This document shows, piece by piece, positions 1 through 14,000 of a stretch of 64,000 bases of DNA. Positions within the stretch are counted from its first letter, which is position 1. Every line of letters begins with the position of its first letter. The stretch covers positions 682,001 to 746,000 of the forward strand of contig CAUYUJ010000225.1 in the NCBI GenBank assembly GCA_963575745.1, in the 5' to 3' direction. The stretch comes from Prorocentrum cordatum. Its lineage: Eukaryota. Made by a program: the position numbers and the translations under genes. The notes under the pieces were generated by a model that worked only from the letters and a program-made list of their open reading frames with translations, was not told the origin of the DNA and made no database searches.

Positions 1-1385
1 CATCTTCATCATCATCATCATCATCATCATTACCACCATCATCATCACCATCACCATCACCGTCACAATCATCATCATCACCATCATCATCAGCATCACC
101 ATTACCACCATCAGCATCACCATCACCATTAAGAGTATCATCATGATATTCATCGTAATAATCATGATAATCATAATCATAATCACCATCACCTTCACCT
201 CGTCATCACCGTCATCATCTTCATCTTGATTGTCATCATCATCACCATGACCATTACCACCACCACAGCATCATCCCCACAATCATAATCACCATCATTA
301 TCAACAGCATCATCATCATCATCATCACTACCACCGTCGCCACAGCCACCGCCACCATCATCATCAGTATCTTCACCATCATCACCATCACAATCCCCAT
401 CACCAACACCATCATCATCATCATCATCATCATCATCACCATCACCATCACCATCATCATCATCACCATCATCATCATTATCATCATCACCACCGTCACC
501 ACCATCATCGCCACCTCCACCGTCACGACAACCAGCGTCACAACCACGACCGCCATCATCACCATCACCATCACCATCACCACCATCATCATCATCATCA
601 TCATCATCATCTTCATCACCCCGCCTTCCCTCCCTCCCTCCCTCCCTCCCTCCCCCTCCTCCCCTCCCCCCCTCCCTCCCTTCATCTACCCCTTTACCTC
701 CCCGCCGCTCGAGGGGGCATGGGAAGCACTGCGGCGTGGCCATGGGCCCCCTCGGTGCCCGTGCGCGGGGCGGCAGGCTCGGCAAGGCTCGGGACGTCGG
801 GGGCGGGGACGTGGACAGCGGGCCGCGCCGAGACGTGGCGCTCCGGCGCCAGCGAAGCGACACGCTCAGCCGTGCTGCCCCCGCCGCGGGGAGCTGCTCC
901 CGATCCCGGGGCCCCGGCGGCAGCACTCGGGCCCGAAGACTCCCGCCAGCACCAGGCTCCGGGATCGCCTTCCCCGGGTGGAGCGCCGGCGCGCCGAGAG
1001 GGGAACACAGAGGGGGGGGGGGCCCTCGGAGGGCTCGGAAGGCCTCCGGCCTGCTCGAGAGCCTCCTGAGCCTGCTCGGAAGCCCCGCCGCCTTCCGAGA
1101 GGGCGCGGCCCCTCTCGCTTCCCCCCTCGGCGCGCCGCCCAGCCAAGCAGCGCCAGTCGGCGACAGGCAAGAGTGACCTTTGGTGGGCTTTTGGGGGGCC
1201 GCGGGGGGCCAAAAACGAGCGCGCAAGACGCTACTATCGCAATCGCGCTCGGCGGCCGGGGGGCGTCAATGGGCCCGCACCAAAGGCCATTCCGGCGAAG
1301 GGTCACTCTTACGTGTAGTCGAGCCAGGAGAGGAGGAGGAGGAGGAGGAGGAGGAGGAGGAGGAGGAGGAGGAGGAGGAGGAGGA

Positions 1386-4300
1386 AGAGGTTTTCTGGGT
1401 TTCTCGGTCACGACGAGCTGCGCTGAAAATGACAGGGCAGAAGGCCAGCACTGTAAAAGAAAAATAGCGCAAGATGCAGCATGCATTGCACGGCAGACTA
1501 CAACAGCAGAGCAAAACGCCAGGCCCACCCTTTCAGCCAGGGCCAGTCGCAAGGCTAATGCTGCCTGGCACGTCGCACGGGCGTTGGGCGATCTGTGTTC
1601 GCCCCAAGCCGTTCGCCGTTGGGCCCCCTGCCCTGGAGCAGGTACCTACGTTTGTAGTACCTGCTCGATCCAGGGGCAGGGAGCCCAATGCATGGCTTAG
1701 AGATCATGTGCGCCCGCGTGTCGCAGCGCGCGGCGCATGTTGCACAAAACACCATCTGGCCTGTGCGCCAGAGGTGGTGTGTAGTGTGCGCGACTCTAAC
1801 GCCAATCGGTAGGCCCTGGCATGGCTGTGCCAACAGGCCTCGCTCAGTGTGGCGGCTGCGGCCACATTGATCGCAGCACCATCGCAGGCCTCGCTTAACA
1901 ATGAGGTGCCCGCGCGCGTCAGGCTTTTGCCTTTCGCGCATGGGCCCATCAAAGGAAATAGGGTCAGCGTCGGCGAAGTTGCAGCGCGCGCATCGTCGCA
2001 GGACGCGGAGCACCATGCGCAAAGTTAATCGCGACGAGACCACCCTAATCTTCCTAAGCGTCTCTGCGAGGACATTATTAGGGTGCATGCCTGCTCCTCT
2101 CTTGGCAAGCTCATCGGCTCGACGGTTGCCCAGCCAAACTGCGGCAGACAGCCCTACGCGCAGGCGTTGGGCGTCACTGCGATGGCTGGGAATCCACTCG
2201 ATGTCAATGGACTCGCGGCCAATGTCGTGAACCAATCGTCAACACTCCCTCCATAGCTCGCCGAGGCGATTCGTTATGCTGGCGCCAGCGTCGCTGCCCT
2301 TGTCCAAGCCTTCTTGAGCTCAAGGTAGTCTGTGACGAGGGCGATGTGCGCAGCGCCCTTAAAGCGGAGGACAAAGATGGCCGCCCACAACTCCCCTGCT
2401 CCAGAACACGTCCAAGGGAAGCGCACAGGACCATACAGCGTACCCAACACATCGCCTTGGTTACTAACCATGACAACGGCCCAGCCAGCTCGGGATAAAA
2501 GAGGATGCACTGCATGCCTCCCCGACCCATCTGTGCAGACGATCCCACAAAATCCTCCTCCAGGGGGCTGACGTTCCCACACCAGTCGATCATGATGATG
2601 GGGTGGCGGAAGTCCATAGCTGGGGTCAAATGCGGGGTCAGGGAACACCCCTCGACACATGACGTATATCATTGGGTTGCGAGGTCCGTATTCGATACGT
2701 CCCTGGGCAAGCAGCCATCGCTCGTCACCATACCAGTCTTGACGCTCAGCCGCGAGGAACAAGCATCTGTACATGCGGTGTGATGGCGTGCCCTCCTCAA
2801 AGCGGCACAGGGCGCATAATGGCGTAGTAGCTGCCCCATACTGGTACAGCTGCTCCTGCGTCCAAAAATCCCCAGCGAGCCACGTGCGGAGGAGCCCTGC
2901 ACCCTGGTAGTCCTCCTTCTCCGTCAGCTCCTTTACCATCGTGATGGCAGGGTCGAGGAGTGGGATCCCTTCGAAATCTTCAAGACGCACATGTCTAAAG
3001 AGCTGTGTGGTGGTGGCCTGGTCCACGAGCTTGCGGAGGGTATATAGCCCAACGTCGTGCAAGTTGACGATCAGGCCATCGTGCGTGTCGTTCCGGTCCT
3101 GGCTGGCAGCTGCAGCACTGCCACCGCCACCATACCCCAGAATGTGCCTTGGGATGAGCCACTTGTCCCAGCTGATCGCTTGCCAACCGATGCGCTTCAG
3201 TGTTGCCAGGACTGCACCATCTGGCCCAATGGCTGACCCCCACTTGCCCGACTTACTAGTAGCAGATTGAAAGGCCAGCTTCATCTGGTGGGGAGTGGCC
3301 CATTGCTTCCTTAGGGCCTTAAGCCAAGTGACCAGGGGGAAGGCGGTGGCGTCATAGCTGGGATCCGCCTTCGGGTCCTCCGAGAGCATGAACTCAACGG
3401 TCCCGGATCGTCCCCTCGGTGCGACGAAGATGGAGAAGGCTGCTGTGGACCGTAGGCTGGCGAGCTGAGCATCAGGCACGCCGTGGACCCTCATCCCGTA
3501 GGTGACTGCATGGAGTCCTCCTGTACGGTAAAGCCTACAAATGGATCGTACCCAACACGCAAGCCTTCTGAAGCGCGTGATGCGCATCCTCATCTTTAAT
3601 GCTCGCTTAACTTGAACGGTCCTCCCAGCCCGAGCCATCCGCCTGTCAACGCCCAACTGCTTGACCGCCCTCTTAGACTGGAAGCGGTGCGAAGACAGCT
3701 GCACTGCAACTGCCCTCGCTATCCCATCCGTGCTTGCAACCACCTGGCCCTTATCGGCACTGACCTTCATCTTCAGGTCCTCAAGCTGCTTGCATGCAAA
3801 CTTGGTTACCTGGATAACAGTGTTGACGACCTGATCGCTGCCACCACTGGCTTGCACCGTGGAGTCATCAATGACGACCGTGAGGTCGATGGAGGGCCAG
3901 AGCTCGTACATGCGGTCGTAGACGTGCATGGTGAAACACTTGATAACGCTGACGGCGAAACTGCAGCTGGCTATGACGCCCCTATTAGTGCAAATGACGT
4001 CGCCCCAGATGGTACCGAACTTGATCAATCTGCGGCCGCCGTAGGACTGGATGAGCATGGCCCACATGGCCATGCGTCTCTGTGGACAGCCATGTCGTAT
4101 CGCAGAGTCCAAAAGGAGATCGTGATTGATGGTCTCGAACGCCTTAGCCAGATCGATGAGAGCGGCAACCACGTGCTTGTCCAAGGCACGCGTCGCTTCC
4201 GCCAAGACCGCCTGTCGCCATACTGCCTGCTCCGTGCTCTTGCCCGCACACGCGTACTCGTAGCTCCGCTTGTGCTGTGAGTTCCAAAGGTTTTGCTGCG

Positions 4301-4706
4301 GCTTGCGCGCCATGTTGTAGACGCGCAGAGCATCAGGAAGAAGCCCAATGAGGCGGTGCCCCCCATCAGGCTTGGGCAGCTGGGGCAAGATGGTGTGGCG
4401 CATGAGCTGCGGCAACTTGCCGATCTTCTCAGCCTGGTGCATGACTCCGCTGAAGGCTTCCGAGGCCTCGTCTGAGAGCAGCGCAGAAGATCAGGGCCGA
4501 AATCGGTCCGTGCCCGAGGCAGTCTTTGGGGCTGAAGGTTTTGGCCGCCGCTCTGATGTTCGATGGGGTGAGCGACTGCGGAACCTCCTCGTCTCCAAGA
4601 TCAAGGTCACGGTCGCAGAAGGGGGCACTGCCTCCTTTGTACTCCCATACCTTTTCCCAAACGTGTAGGTCTTCCTTCAGGCGTTGCGCATGTCCAACGA
4701 TCCCTT
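1386..4706 (-). mobile_element. 5'-truncated non-LTR retrotransposon (RT-ZnF-RNase H-Cys/His)
   Basis: ORF 2274-4442 has LPKPDGGHRLIGLL, IDLAKAFE, RGVIASC, VVIDD, CALC..H..YRC, TDGS, GEL, VTD. After a frameshift, ORF 1555-2235 has WIPSH, GNRRADELAK and H..WCCDQC / H..FCATC repeats. Bounded by (GAG)n tracts. Confidence 0.92.
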
Positions 4707-4896
4707 GAGGAGGAGGAGGAGGAGGAGGAGGAGGAGGAGGAGGAGAAGGAGAAGGAGGAGGAGAAGGGGGGAGGAGGGGGGAGGAGGGGAGGAGGGGGGG
4801 AAGGAGGAGGAGGAGAGGAGGAGGAGGAGGAGGAGGAGGAACGAGAGATCGAGGCTCAGAGCCGCCGAGTGTTGGTGCCGGTGCCGACTTCCAGGC

Positions 4897-5031
4897 CTCC
4901 AGGAGGCCCAGCAGCTCGAAGCGAGCGGCCATCGGCAGCCCCCCCGAGGCCGAGCGGCCCGGCGCCCGCTCGAACGCCACCTGCACGGCGGCCTGGACGC
5001 ACGAGGCCAGGGCCTGCGTGATGTTGATCAC
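4897..5031 (-). CDS. Transporter exon (C-terminal TM region)
   Basis: CGAG|VINITQALASCVQAAVQVAFERAPG...LPMAARFELLGLLE; exact donor uncertain. Confidence 0.75.
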
Positions 5032-8000
5032 CTCGGATGTCACCCCAGCTTGGCGCGGGCCGATCCAAAGCCTGCCTCCTCCTCCTCCTCCTGCTCCTCC
5101 TCCTCCTCCCTCCTGCTGCTACCGCTCCTCCTCCTCCTCCTCCTCCTCCTCCTCCTCCTCCTCCTCCTCCCTCCTCCTCTGCACACGTGGCCTGCGGAAT
5201 GAATGTCACGTGGTCACCATCACCGCTTCCAGGCTCGCCCCCTGTCGGGGGGTGTCCAAGAGGGGGGGGTGCAAATCATGGCCGGCGGCATGTGCGCGGC
5301 CCAGCGGGGGGGCCGGGGACGCATTGAAATAAGAAGAGGCGCCATGAAATCTGGGGAAATATCATGGCCCCCGCCATGATATCCCCCCCCCTAGTCATCA
5401 CCCCCCTCTTTGCCGCCCCCGACCCTTGCGAGTGCCGAAACCAGTGCCTCGCCTGAGACATCCTCACAATCTGCTCTGAACGCAGACGAGTCTGGCCACC
5501 AAAACAAGCAAACCGCCCCAGACATCCCCACAAACTGAGCGCGAATTGGCCCGTGATGTCCACCCTGTCGTCTCCCCCTTGTGAGTGCCGAAACCCGCGC
5601 CTCGCCCGAGACATCCTCACAACCTGCTCTGAACGCAGACGAGTCTGGCCACCGAGACAGGCAAACAGCCTGCGACACCCCCACAATATGAGCGCGAACG
5701 AGTCCGTGATATCCCCTCTGGCGGCTCTCCCTTGGGGTGCTGAAGCCAGCACCTCGCCCGAGACACATCCTCACAACCTGTTCTGAACGCAAACGAATCT
5801 GGCCATTAAAACAAACAAGCCGCCTGCGACATCCCCACAAACTGGGCTCGAACGGGCCCGTGATGTACCCCCTGGCAGCTGCTTCTTGAGAGTGCCGAAA
5901 CCACCGCCTCGCCTGAAACATCCTCGTTCCCTTGACTCGAACGAGATTATGAGTGTGTGTGTGTGTGAGACTGAGTGTCAGTAAGCCTGAGTGTGTGTGT
6001 GTGTGTCTGAGTACGAGTAAGTCTGAGTGTGAGTGAGTCTGAGTGTGAGTGGATCTGAGTGTGAGTGGGTCTGAGTGTGGGGAGGAGGAGGAGGAGGAGG
6101 AGGAGGAGGAGGAGGAGGAGGAGGAGGAGGAGGAGGAGTGGGAGGAGGAGGAGGAGGACGACGACGAGGAGGACGAGAAGGGAGGCGCCTAAGTATTGAC
6201 AAGAGCCCCATCTTAGGATATGGACAAAACACGGTTGGAAAAACGAAACAGATCGCCGAACAGCTGGGGACGTCTGGACATGGATCGATAGAGGCCTCCC
6301 AGACGAGGTCCGAGTAGACGGGGTCGGAGGGTCGCGCCGCATCGCCGATGCGTCGGCGACATTGGCAGTGCATCGGCGTGGAGAAAACCGGGCCCCACAT
6401 CGAGCCTGATCGCCGACCCATCGGCGATGCAGCGCGAGTCTCCGACCCCGTTTGCTCGGACCACATCTGGGAGGCCTACGAGAATCGTCAAACATAAGCT
6501 CACAAGTATTGTCTTCGGTGCTAGTGTGGTCGGCGCTACTTTGAGATATCTGGCCCAGACGCAGGGGCGTCCAAAGTCTGGCAACACCCCTCACAGCACT
6601 GCAGAACGCGCTCTCTGGCCAATGCCCGAACGATCGAGCGCCGCGATCTTGAACGGCGCGTCAGTTTATCTTTGACGAGGCTTATATAATGGATAGTAGA
6701 TGGGGTCGGAGGATCGCGCCGCATCGGCGATGCATCGGAGATGCATCGGCGATGCGGCGCGATCCTCCGACCCCATTTACGCTTAAGTCGGGCCTGTCCT
6801 CCTACATGGGGGTTTTGGACGAACAATGGAAAACACTCCAAACATATCCCAAAATAGTCAGAAATAATTCAAAAAAAGACATCGTCCCCAGACTATTCTT
6901 GGACTATTCTTGAGTGTTCCTCCTGCAGACGGACAGGCCCGACTTAAATCGACTCGGACCTCATCCAGGAGGCCTAGAATGGAGGGCCCGCGCCGGGGGA
7001 TCGGTGGCCCCAGCCGAGGCGGGCGCCAGCGCCACGCACTGGCGCTGGGGCGGCGCGCCCGCGGGCGCGGGCGCGAGGCCCAGGGGGCCCGCCTGGGAGG
7101 AGCGGGAGCAGGCGCGCGAGGGAGAGGGAGGGGGAGGGGAGTCAGGAGCAGGCAAAACGTCAACACCCCCCCCGGGCCAGCATCGAAGCTGCCTCGGCGG
7201 GAGGAGGAGGAGGAGGAGGAGGAGGAGGAGGAGGAGGAGGAGGAGGAGGAGGAGGGGGAGGAGGAGGAGGAGGAGGAGGAGGAGGAGGAGGAGGAGGAGG
7301 AGGAGGAGGAGGAGGAGGAGGAGGAGGAGCGCGCTGGCCATGAGGGGGGCGGACGGAGGAAAAGGTCAGATGACACGCCAGGTGCGCACCTCCAAGGGGA
7401 CATCCTGCAAAGCGAAGAGGCGCACCTGGAAACTCACAGGCAAGGTTCATATAGTGGAGTGGACGACAAGGTCATGCAAGTGCACTCTGGTGCGGATGAG
7501 TTACTGAATGCTCGCTTTGACAAGGCCTTCTACCTTTTCTCGGGCCACCTCTGCTACACTGACGCTCGAGCCGTGAGTTGCGATGCGCGTAAAACAGCAG
7601 ATCAGTGTATAACACGATCGACTGGGTGGCCTCCACAGGGCGCGCGTATCGCCATACACACATGTTCTCTGGGCCGGCAGCCAGTAGGAACGAAAAGGGA
7701 AGCACAGGAGGAGCAAGCGAACTCTCTGAAAAGCTGAGGCGCTCCAGCATGTGTTGCAGCGTGTCCCCACCAAGCGCACCGCATGCAAGACATGACAACG
7801 TGGCGCATCGGAACCTCAGTAGCTGTGGCACACCATCCGCTGTATAATATCTTGAGCAGGGACGAGAGGACGCACTGATGACCAACGGAGCGAGGCGAAG
7901 AAACACAAGTGCAACCCTGGCAACATGTTCAATGCTGAGACCTTGCTCAAACTTACTGGCCTGGCGAACTAGTACAGAAGCGGCCGACTCAGAAGAAAAC

Positions 8001-11000
8001 TGCGGGTGCACGGCCAATAGGGCGGTGCCCTTTCTCTGAAGCTGATTTGCTGTCACTAAGGGTTCCAGGTATGGCGCTCAACATAGTATGGTTGTCGAAT
8101 AGCGCCCTGAACACAGGAGGTCCAGAACCCGTTGCGTGGGACGCCAAGCTATAGCAGATTAACGCCCTGCGGCTCCGCGGGTGGTACCGATGCGGAGGTG
8201 AAAATACGTGCGAATGTGCGTCCACACCGCACTATGCGCACGTTCCGTGGATCGCGAGCTGAGATCGCTCCCAGTCCCGCAACCAACTAGAATTTCGGGG
8301 GTTGGAAGCTGCACGAGAGAAAGCATGGCGGCAATCAGATGTTGATTGCAGTGCTTAACTCTCCGTACAATATACAAGTATGCGACGGCGCTTGGGCCAA
8401 ATAGCGGCGGCACCTCCTACGTGAGTGAGGAGGAAGAGGGAGGAGGAGGAAGAGGAGGAGGAGGAGGAGGAGGAGGCAGAGGAGGGATGATGATGATGAT
8501 GATGATGAGGAGGAGGAGGAGGAGGAGGAGGAGGAGGAGGAAGGGCAGGAGGAGAAGGAGGAACAAAGTCGGCGGGCCCAGCGACGAAGCCGGGTAACCC
8601 GCCTCGCCCGCTGCTGCTGCTCCTGCTCCTCCTCATCCCGTCCCCTCCTCTCCCACAGCAGCGCTGTACAGCTGCCAGCTGAGGGACTCGAGGACTGGTT
8701 GTTCTCTCCCCCTGCTTCTGCTTGCTGGCCCGCCTCTGTCCTCTCATTATTTTCTTGCAGGAGGGAGAGGAGGAGGAGGAGGAGGAGGAGGAGGAGGAGG
8801 AGGAGGAGGAGGAGGAGGGGAGGAGGAGGAGGAGGAGGAGGAGGAGGAGGAGGGAGGAGGGGGGGGAGGAGAGAGGAGGAGGAGGAGGAGGAGGAGGAGG
8901 AGGAGGAGGAGGAGGGGAGGAGGAGGAGGAGGAGGAGGAGGAGGAGGAGGAGGAGGAGGAGGAGGAGGAGGAGGAGGAGGAGGAGGGGGGAGGGGGAGGG
9001 GGAGGAGGAGGAGGAGGAGGAGGAGGAGGAGGAGGAGGAGGAGGAGGAGGAGGAGGAGGAGGAGGAGGAGAAGGAGGGATAAAGAGAAGGACGAGGAGGA
9101 GGAGGAGGAGGAGGAGGAGGAACAGAGGAGCAGAGGGGGCCCGGCGCCTGCAGCCAGGCCTGTGCGAAGCCCTTGGGACCGCCCCAGGACCCCTCGGCAG
9201 GCTGCGTGCCCCCAGCCTGGCAGATCTCGGCGCCCACCTGCTGCGTCGCGGCCGCCGCGCTGAGGCGGAAGACGAGCTGGTAGGCGACGAAGGCGCAGTA
9301 GAACTCCAGTGGCCCTCAGTATGGGACGCACAGAGACATACTAGTACTAGATGTCCTCCTTGGAGGCGCGCGTCCGACCCGAACATATAGTCTGCCCATC
9401 TTGTAGTATATAGGTTCCCGAACGGTGTGGCCAGAAAGCGCCCACCACGACGCATATACTATAAGATTTCGCGGTGCGCGCGTCGCCCCCGGGGGGGCGA
9501 CGCACATATAGTATAAATATGTTGGGGCGACGCCGACAGTACAGGCCTCCCAGATAGGGTCCGAGCGGTGGGGTCGGAGGATCGCGCCGCACCACCGATG
9601 CATCGGCGATGCATCGCCGATGCACCATCGGACTGCACCAGCGACGTCGGCGACGCAGCGGCGCAGCAGCGCGGAGAAAATTCGGCCCCACATCGGGCCG
9701 CATCACCGATGCGTCGGCGATGCGGCGCGACCCTCCGACCCCGTCTGCTCGGACCCCATCTGAGAGGCCTGGGCTCAAGAGACCCGGGCGGCGCTCGGCG
9801 GAACCGTGACGGCCAGCCTCTCAGCGTTCTCGGCCCCCGGGAGGGCCGCTCCGCGGCCTCCAGGGGCCCGTCGAGGAGCGCTCGTCAGGGAAACCTGGCC
9901 CCGGGAAGTGGTCGATATCCCTTGGGGTAGACGTCACGATCATCGGCGCCAAATCGACGCTCACCGACGCTAGATCGGCGCTTCCTTATACATTACCAGA
10001 CGCCACCGCACGCGAATCTAATGCACTCTAACGGATGACCAGGACATGCACGGGCCTCATGATATGCGACAGAAGAAATTGCAACGCCAGGGGAGAGGCG
10101 GGGGGGGCCTTCGGCGACGCCCATGCCGCACAGCAGCAGCCCGCTGGCGGCCACGGAGAAGCCTGTCGGGAAGGAGCCGGCGCGTCCCCGCCCCCCCGAG
10201 GGGGAACGTTGGGAGGTGACCGGCACAGGGGGGGGGCGTTGGGCTGGAACCGGCAACACATCGCCGATAGATCGGCGATGGGCCCCCGATGGCGAAACAG
10301 CACGGTCGTGGGCGGGGTGAACTACGAGACTGGGCGACTGGAGGTCGATGCGTTCCCCCGAGGCGGTTCCCCCCCCCCACGCTGCCTTTGAGGCCCGCGG
10401 CCCCCCGGAGCGCTTGGGGCAGCGCACGAGGCGAGCGGCCTGGGGCGGCCTCGGCACCAGAGGGCCAAGAATGCATCAGATACGAAACGGTACCCCACGG
10501 CCCGCAAGTCCCGCTGGTGAGGCCGCGTGTCTCTCGCCGAGCGTCGTCGCCAGCTCGGGTGTCGCAAGACATGCGCACCCTGGCCCGATAACCATAACTG
10601 TTATATGCCCGTGCTAGGATATGCCAATGGCGCCGCAGAGATGGCGTGCGGCGTCGATCTCCGAGAAGCACGCTGTCCCTGTGAGGCGATCCCTCCGCGA
10701 GGGCCCCCTCTGCGCACGACATCCCCCTCTGCCAGGGCGTGCGAGGGCACAGCATAGGTGCACGCCATCCCCCCTGCCAGGGCTTCCTCGCTGCACGCTG
10801 TCCCCGAGGTGGGGGATGGCCTGTCGTGAGCGGGGCCAGCGGCGCCACACCGCACGCTATCGTTGCAACGCCGACCCTTCGGTTATGACCAGAGGTCCCG
10901 CGCCGCCGGGGGGCGCGCAAGCTTCCCACCCGTCCCAGAAGCGGCGCTCGCAGCACCGGGCGGAGCGGGGCACGGGGGAGGAGGGGGAGGAGGAGGGGGA

Positions 11001-14000
11001 GGAGGAGGAGGAGGAGGAGGAGGAGGAGGAGGAGGAGGAGGAGGAGGAGGAGGAGGAGGAGGAGGAGGAGGAGGGGGGGGGATCTCAAGTCGGGGTGGAT
11101 CACACGGGGAGCAGCGAGGTCGCCGACCAGAGGAGCTTCCATGCAGATCGCCGCGTGCTCCCTGGACGCCAGCATCTCGGAGGCTGCAATTTCGGGCGAA
11201 TGTGGTGTCTAACTGGCGGGCATCACCATCGGGAGGTTCATCCAGAGTCAGGTGATCTCCGTCAGCGTGCACAGGGGGGAGAGCTGGCAAACAGGGGGGC
11301 GAGACTGCAGCTGCGCGCCCCCCACCCCCCCGCGGGAGAAGAGGGCGTTGGCAGGGACCCTCCCCTCCGACGCTGCAGCTTGTTCGCGGCGTGATGGTGT
11401 TCTACAGCAGCAATGAGGCGCGCTGGAGCTCTGGGACTGGTTGCTGAGGAATGCCACCCCGAATTCCGTTGGGCCCCTGGGGCTTCGACCGCTTCCCCAG
11501 GGGCAGACTTTCATCCTGAGTCGAGGCCCCGGGGCCACGAAACAGCCTCCAGAGGCTTAACGCAAGTAAATTGGCGGAGCGCAGAAGGGGGTTATGGGAG
11601 AGGGGGGAAGGCTTAGAAGCAGCCTCCTTCTAAGAAGCCTTCCCCCCTCCCCCTGCCCCCATCTGCGCGCCGCCAACTAAACTACGAAGAACCTCGGAGG
11701 CGGCTGGGGGGTCTGAATTGATTGGGGCCCCAGGAGATCGTTCAGGAGGGGGGGGATGAAGCCAGATCCGCTCCAAACCTGTCCCCGGACCCCTCCCGAG
11801 GTCCATGTGCAGTTTTTTCACCCCAGATCAGTTTTTGACAGTCGCGAGGCCCCTCAAGGCCGAGACATGTAACCAACCTTGCCGAAACCAGCGCCTCGAA
11901 CCTGCCCACACTTCCTGCTCGCCGGAGCCACTAATGGGCCACTGAGCTCAGACCCCCAGCCGGATCCAAACGGAAAACCCGCCGAACCCGCCGCCATTAT
12001 TCTTTTCGCGTCGCCGGGGACCTGATAGCGAGCGCTGCAGTGCACGATCACTCCACGGCCCCGAACGCTGGGGTGGGCGAGCTCCCGGCGCGGAAGGGTC
12101 GGGGGGGGCGGGAGAAATAAAATGGCCAGGGCACTGGAAGGGAAGGAGGGGGGGAGACGCCTGGGGAAACGGGAGAGCGAGCGCTGCCTCCCCCCCTGGG
12201 GGGGCCAGACGGGGGCGCAGGGAGGGCTTGACCCCAGACCCCGCTCGTCGTAAACAAAAACTGTTCGCAAGCCTTCGGCCCCCAGAGGCGTCGCCTGGAG
12301 GCCGCAAACGGCGAATAACCTCCCGTCGACATCTCGCCGCGACGAGGCGGAGTGGGGGGCGCAAGGCAGCGGGGAGAGCGGGAGGGGGCACCCCGCATGC
12401 GTTGCACGCCCGGGTGATTCGGGAGGACTCCAGTCCGGGACAACTCTGGTCTGGGACCCCGAGGCGCGAACCAGGGGTTGGCCCTGACCACTCCCAGCCC
12501 CGATGGCTCGGGAATGGTTGGGCGCCCGAGTGATCCAAGATGACTTCAGTCCGCGGGGGCCCCGATACGCGAACCTGGGGCTAGCCCTGACCCCATTTTT
12601 CCCCAATCCCCCGCCCGAGGAGGAGGAGGAGGAGGAGGAGGAGGAGGAGGAGGAGGAGGAGGAGGAGGGAGGAGGAGAAGGAGGAGGAGGGAGGAGGAGG
12701 AGGAGGAGGAGGAGGAGGAGGAGCAGGAGGGGAGGAGGAGGAGGAGGAGGAGGAGGAGGAGGGGGGAGGTGGAGGAGGAGGAGGAGGAGGCGGAGGAGGA
12801 GGAGGAGGAGGGAGGGGGGGGGGGAGGGGGGGGAGGAGGGGGGAGGGGGAGGGGGAGGGGGAGGAGGAGGAGGAGGAGGAGGGGGAGGAGGAGGGGGAGG
12901 AGGAGGAGGAGGAGGAGGAGGAGGAGGAGGGGGAGGAGGAGGAGGAGGAGGAGGAGGAGGAGGAGGAGGAGGAGGACCAGCGCTCTGACTGTGGGTGGGT
13001 TCGCCGTCTTGGGCGTGAAATCCGCATCCCCTGGGTTGGGGCTTTCGTGAACACGGCGGAATCGCCCTTGGCTAGCTCTCGACACTGCTCTGCTGGCTTG
13101 CATTGAAGCTGGCAGCGTCAGCATCAGCTAGTTCCTGGGCTAGCTGAGCCAAGGGGATGGGAGCTTTCAAATTTATCGGGGAAAAGGCCGCACCTTTGGG
13201 GTGTCGCCCCTCCATGGCTCGCTGTCGTTGCAGCTTGCGACCGTGGTTAGGCGGGGACTCTGGGCATGTAGCTTGAAACCCTGGTCCTCGAGTGCTCTCG
13301 GCGAAGCATCCACACTTCCAGCACATGATGATACTCGAGGGGATAGATTCGTCCACAAAACCGAAGAAATATGGGAGGTGTCCTTTCGGGTTGATGAGCA
13401 AATCACTGTGCAGTGCACAGTGCCCAGGACAAACCTCCTTCTCACGACGTTGTCTTACTTGGGTGCTTCCACACCTCTGTCTGCACGCAGAACATTGCCA
13501 GCTGGAACCTTCCTGGTGCCACTGGTGGGTCCTGTGGGGCCCAGGGGCCTCGGAGGCGAGGGGGGGGGGGGGCCTCGGAGGAGGAGGGGCACCAGGGGCC
13601 GCAGGGTCACGCGCACCTTGGCCCCAAGAGGCCAGGGCTGAGGCAGCCCCCGAGGGTGGGGAGAGGCTCTTTAACAGGCTTGGCCAGTGCCTTGTTCCTA
13701 CGTGGGGCAATCGCTGGCCACTCTCCAAGGGCTTTGGAAATATATCGGAGATATTTCTTGAGCAGAGCAGTGTCACTCTGATACTGGTCTGTCTCGTTAG
13801 TACTGGGTTGGCTGCCAAGGTTCGCGGCGGCCTTGGCAATCCTGTCGGCGGCATCGTTGCCTCTGGCTATGCGATATTCTTCGCTGTCGGGTGGCAGCAG
13901 CTCCAGATTTTGATGGGCCTTGACTTTCTGGAGCTTGGGGCCGAGGTCAAAGAAACCCCCTCCTGCGAGGACTTTACAACCAGACCACAGGTTACGGCGA

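Noticed and set aside
8335..9455. Poly-E/G/R/P/L/S ORFs over (GAG)n tracts
   Set aside because: Triplet-repeat artefacts; only 9148-9314 is a credible exon.
10430..10900. Possible APE endonuclease remnant
   Set aside because: Only a vague resemblance, with no intact QE, GDFN or SDH motifs.
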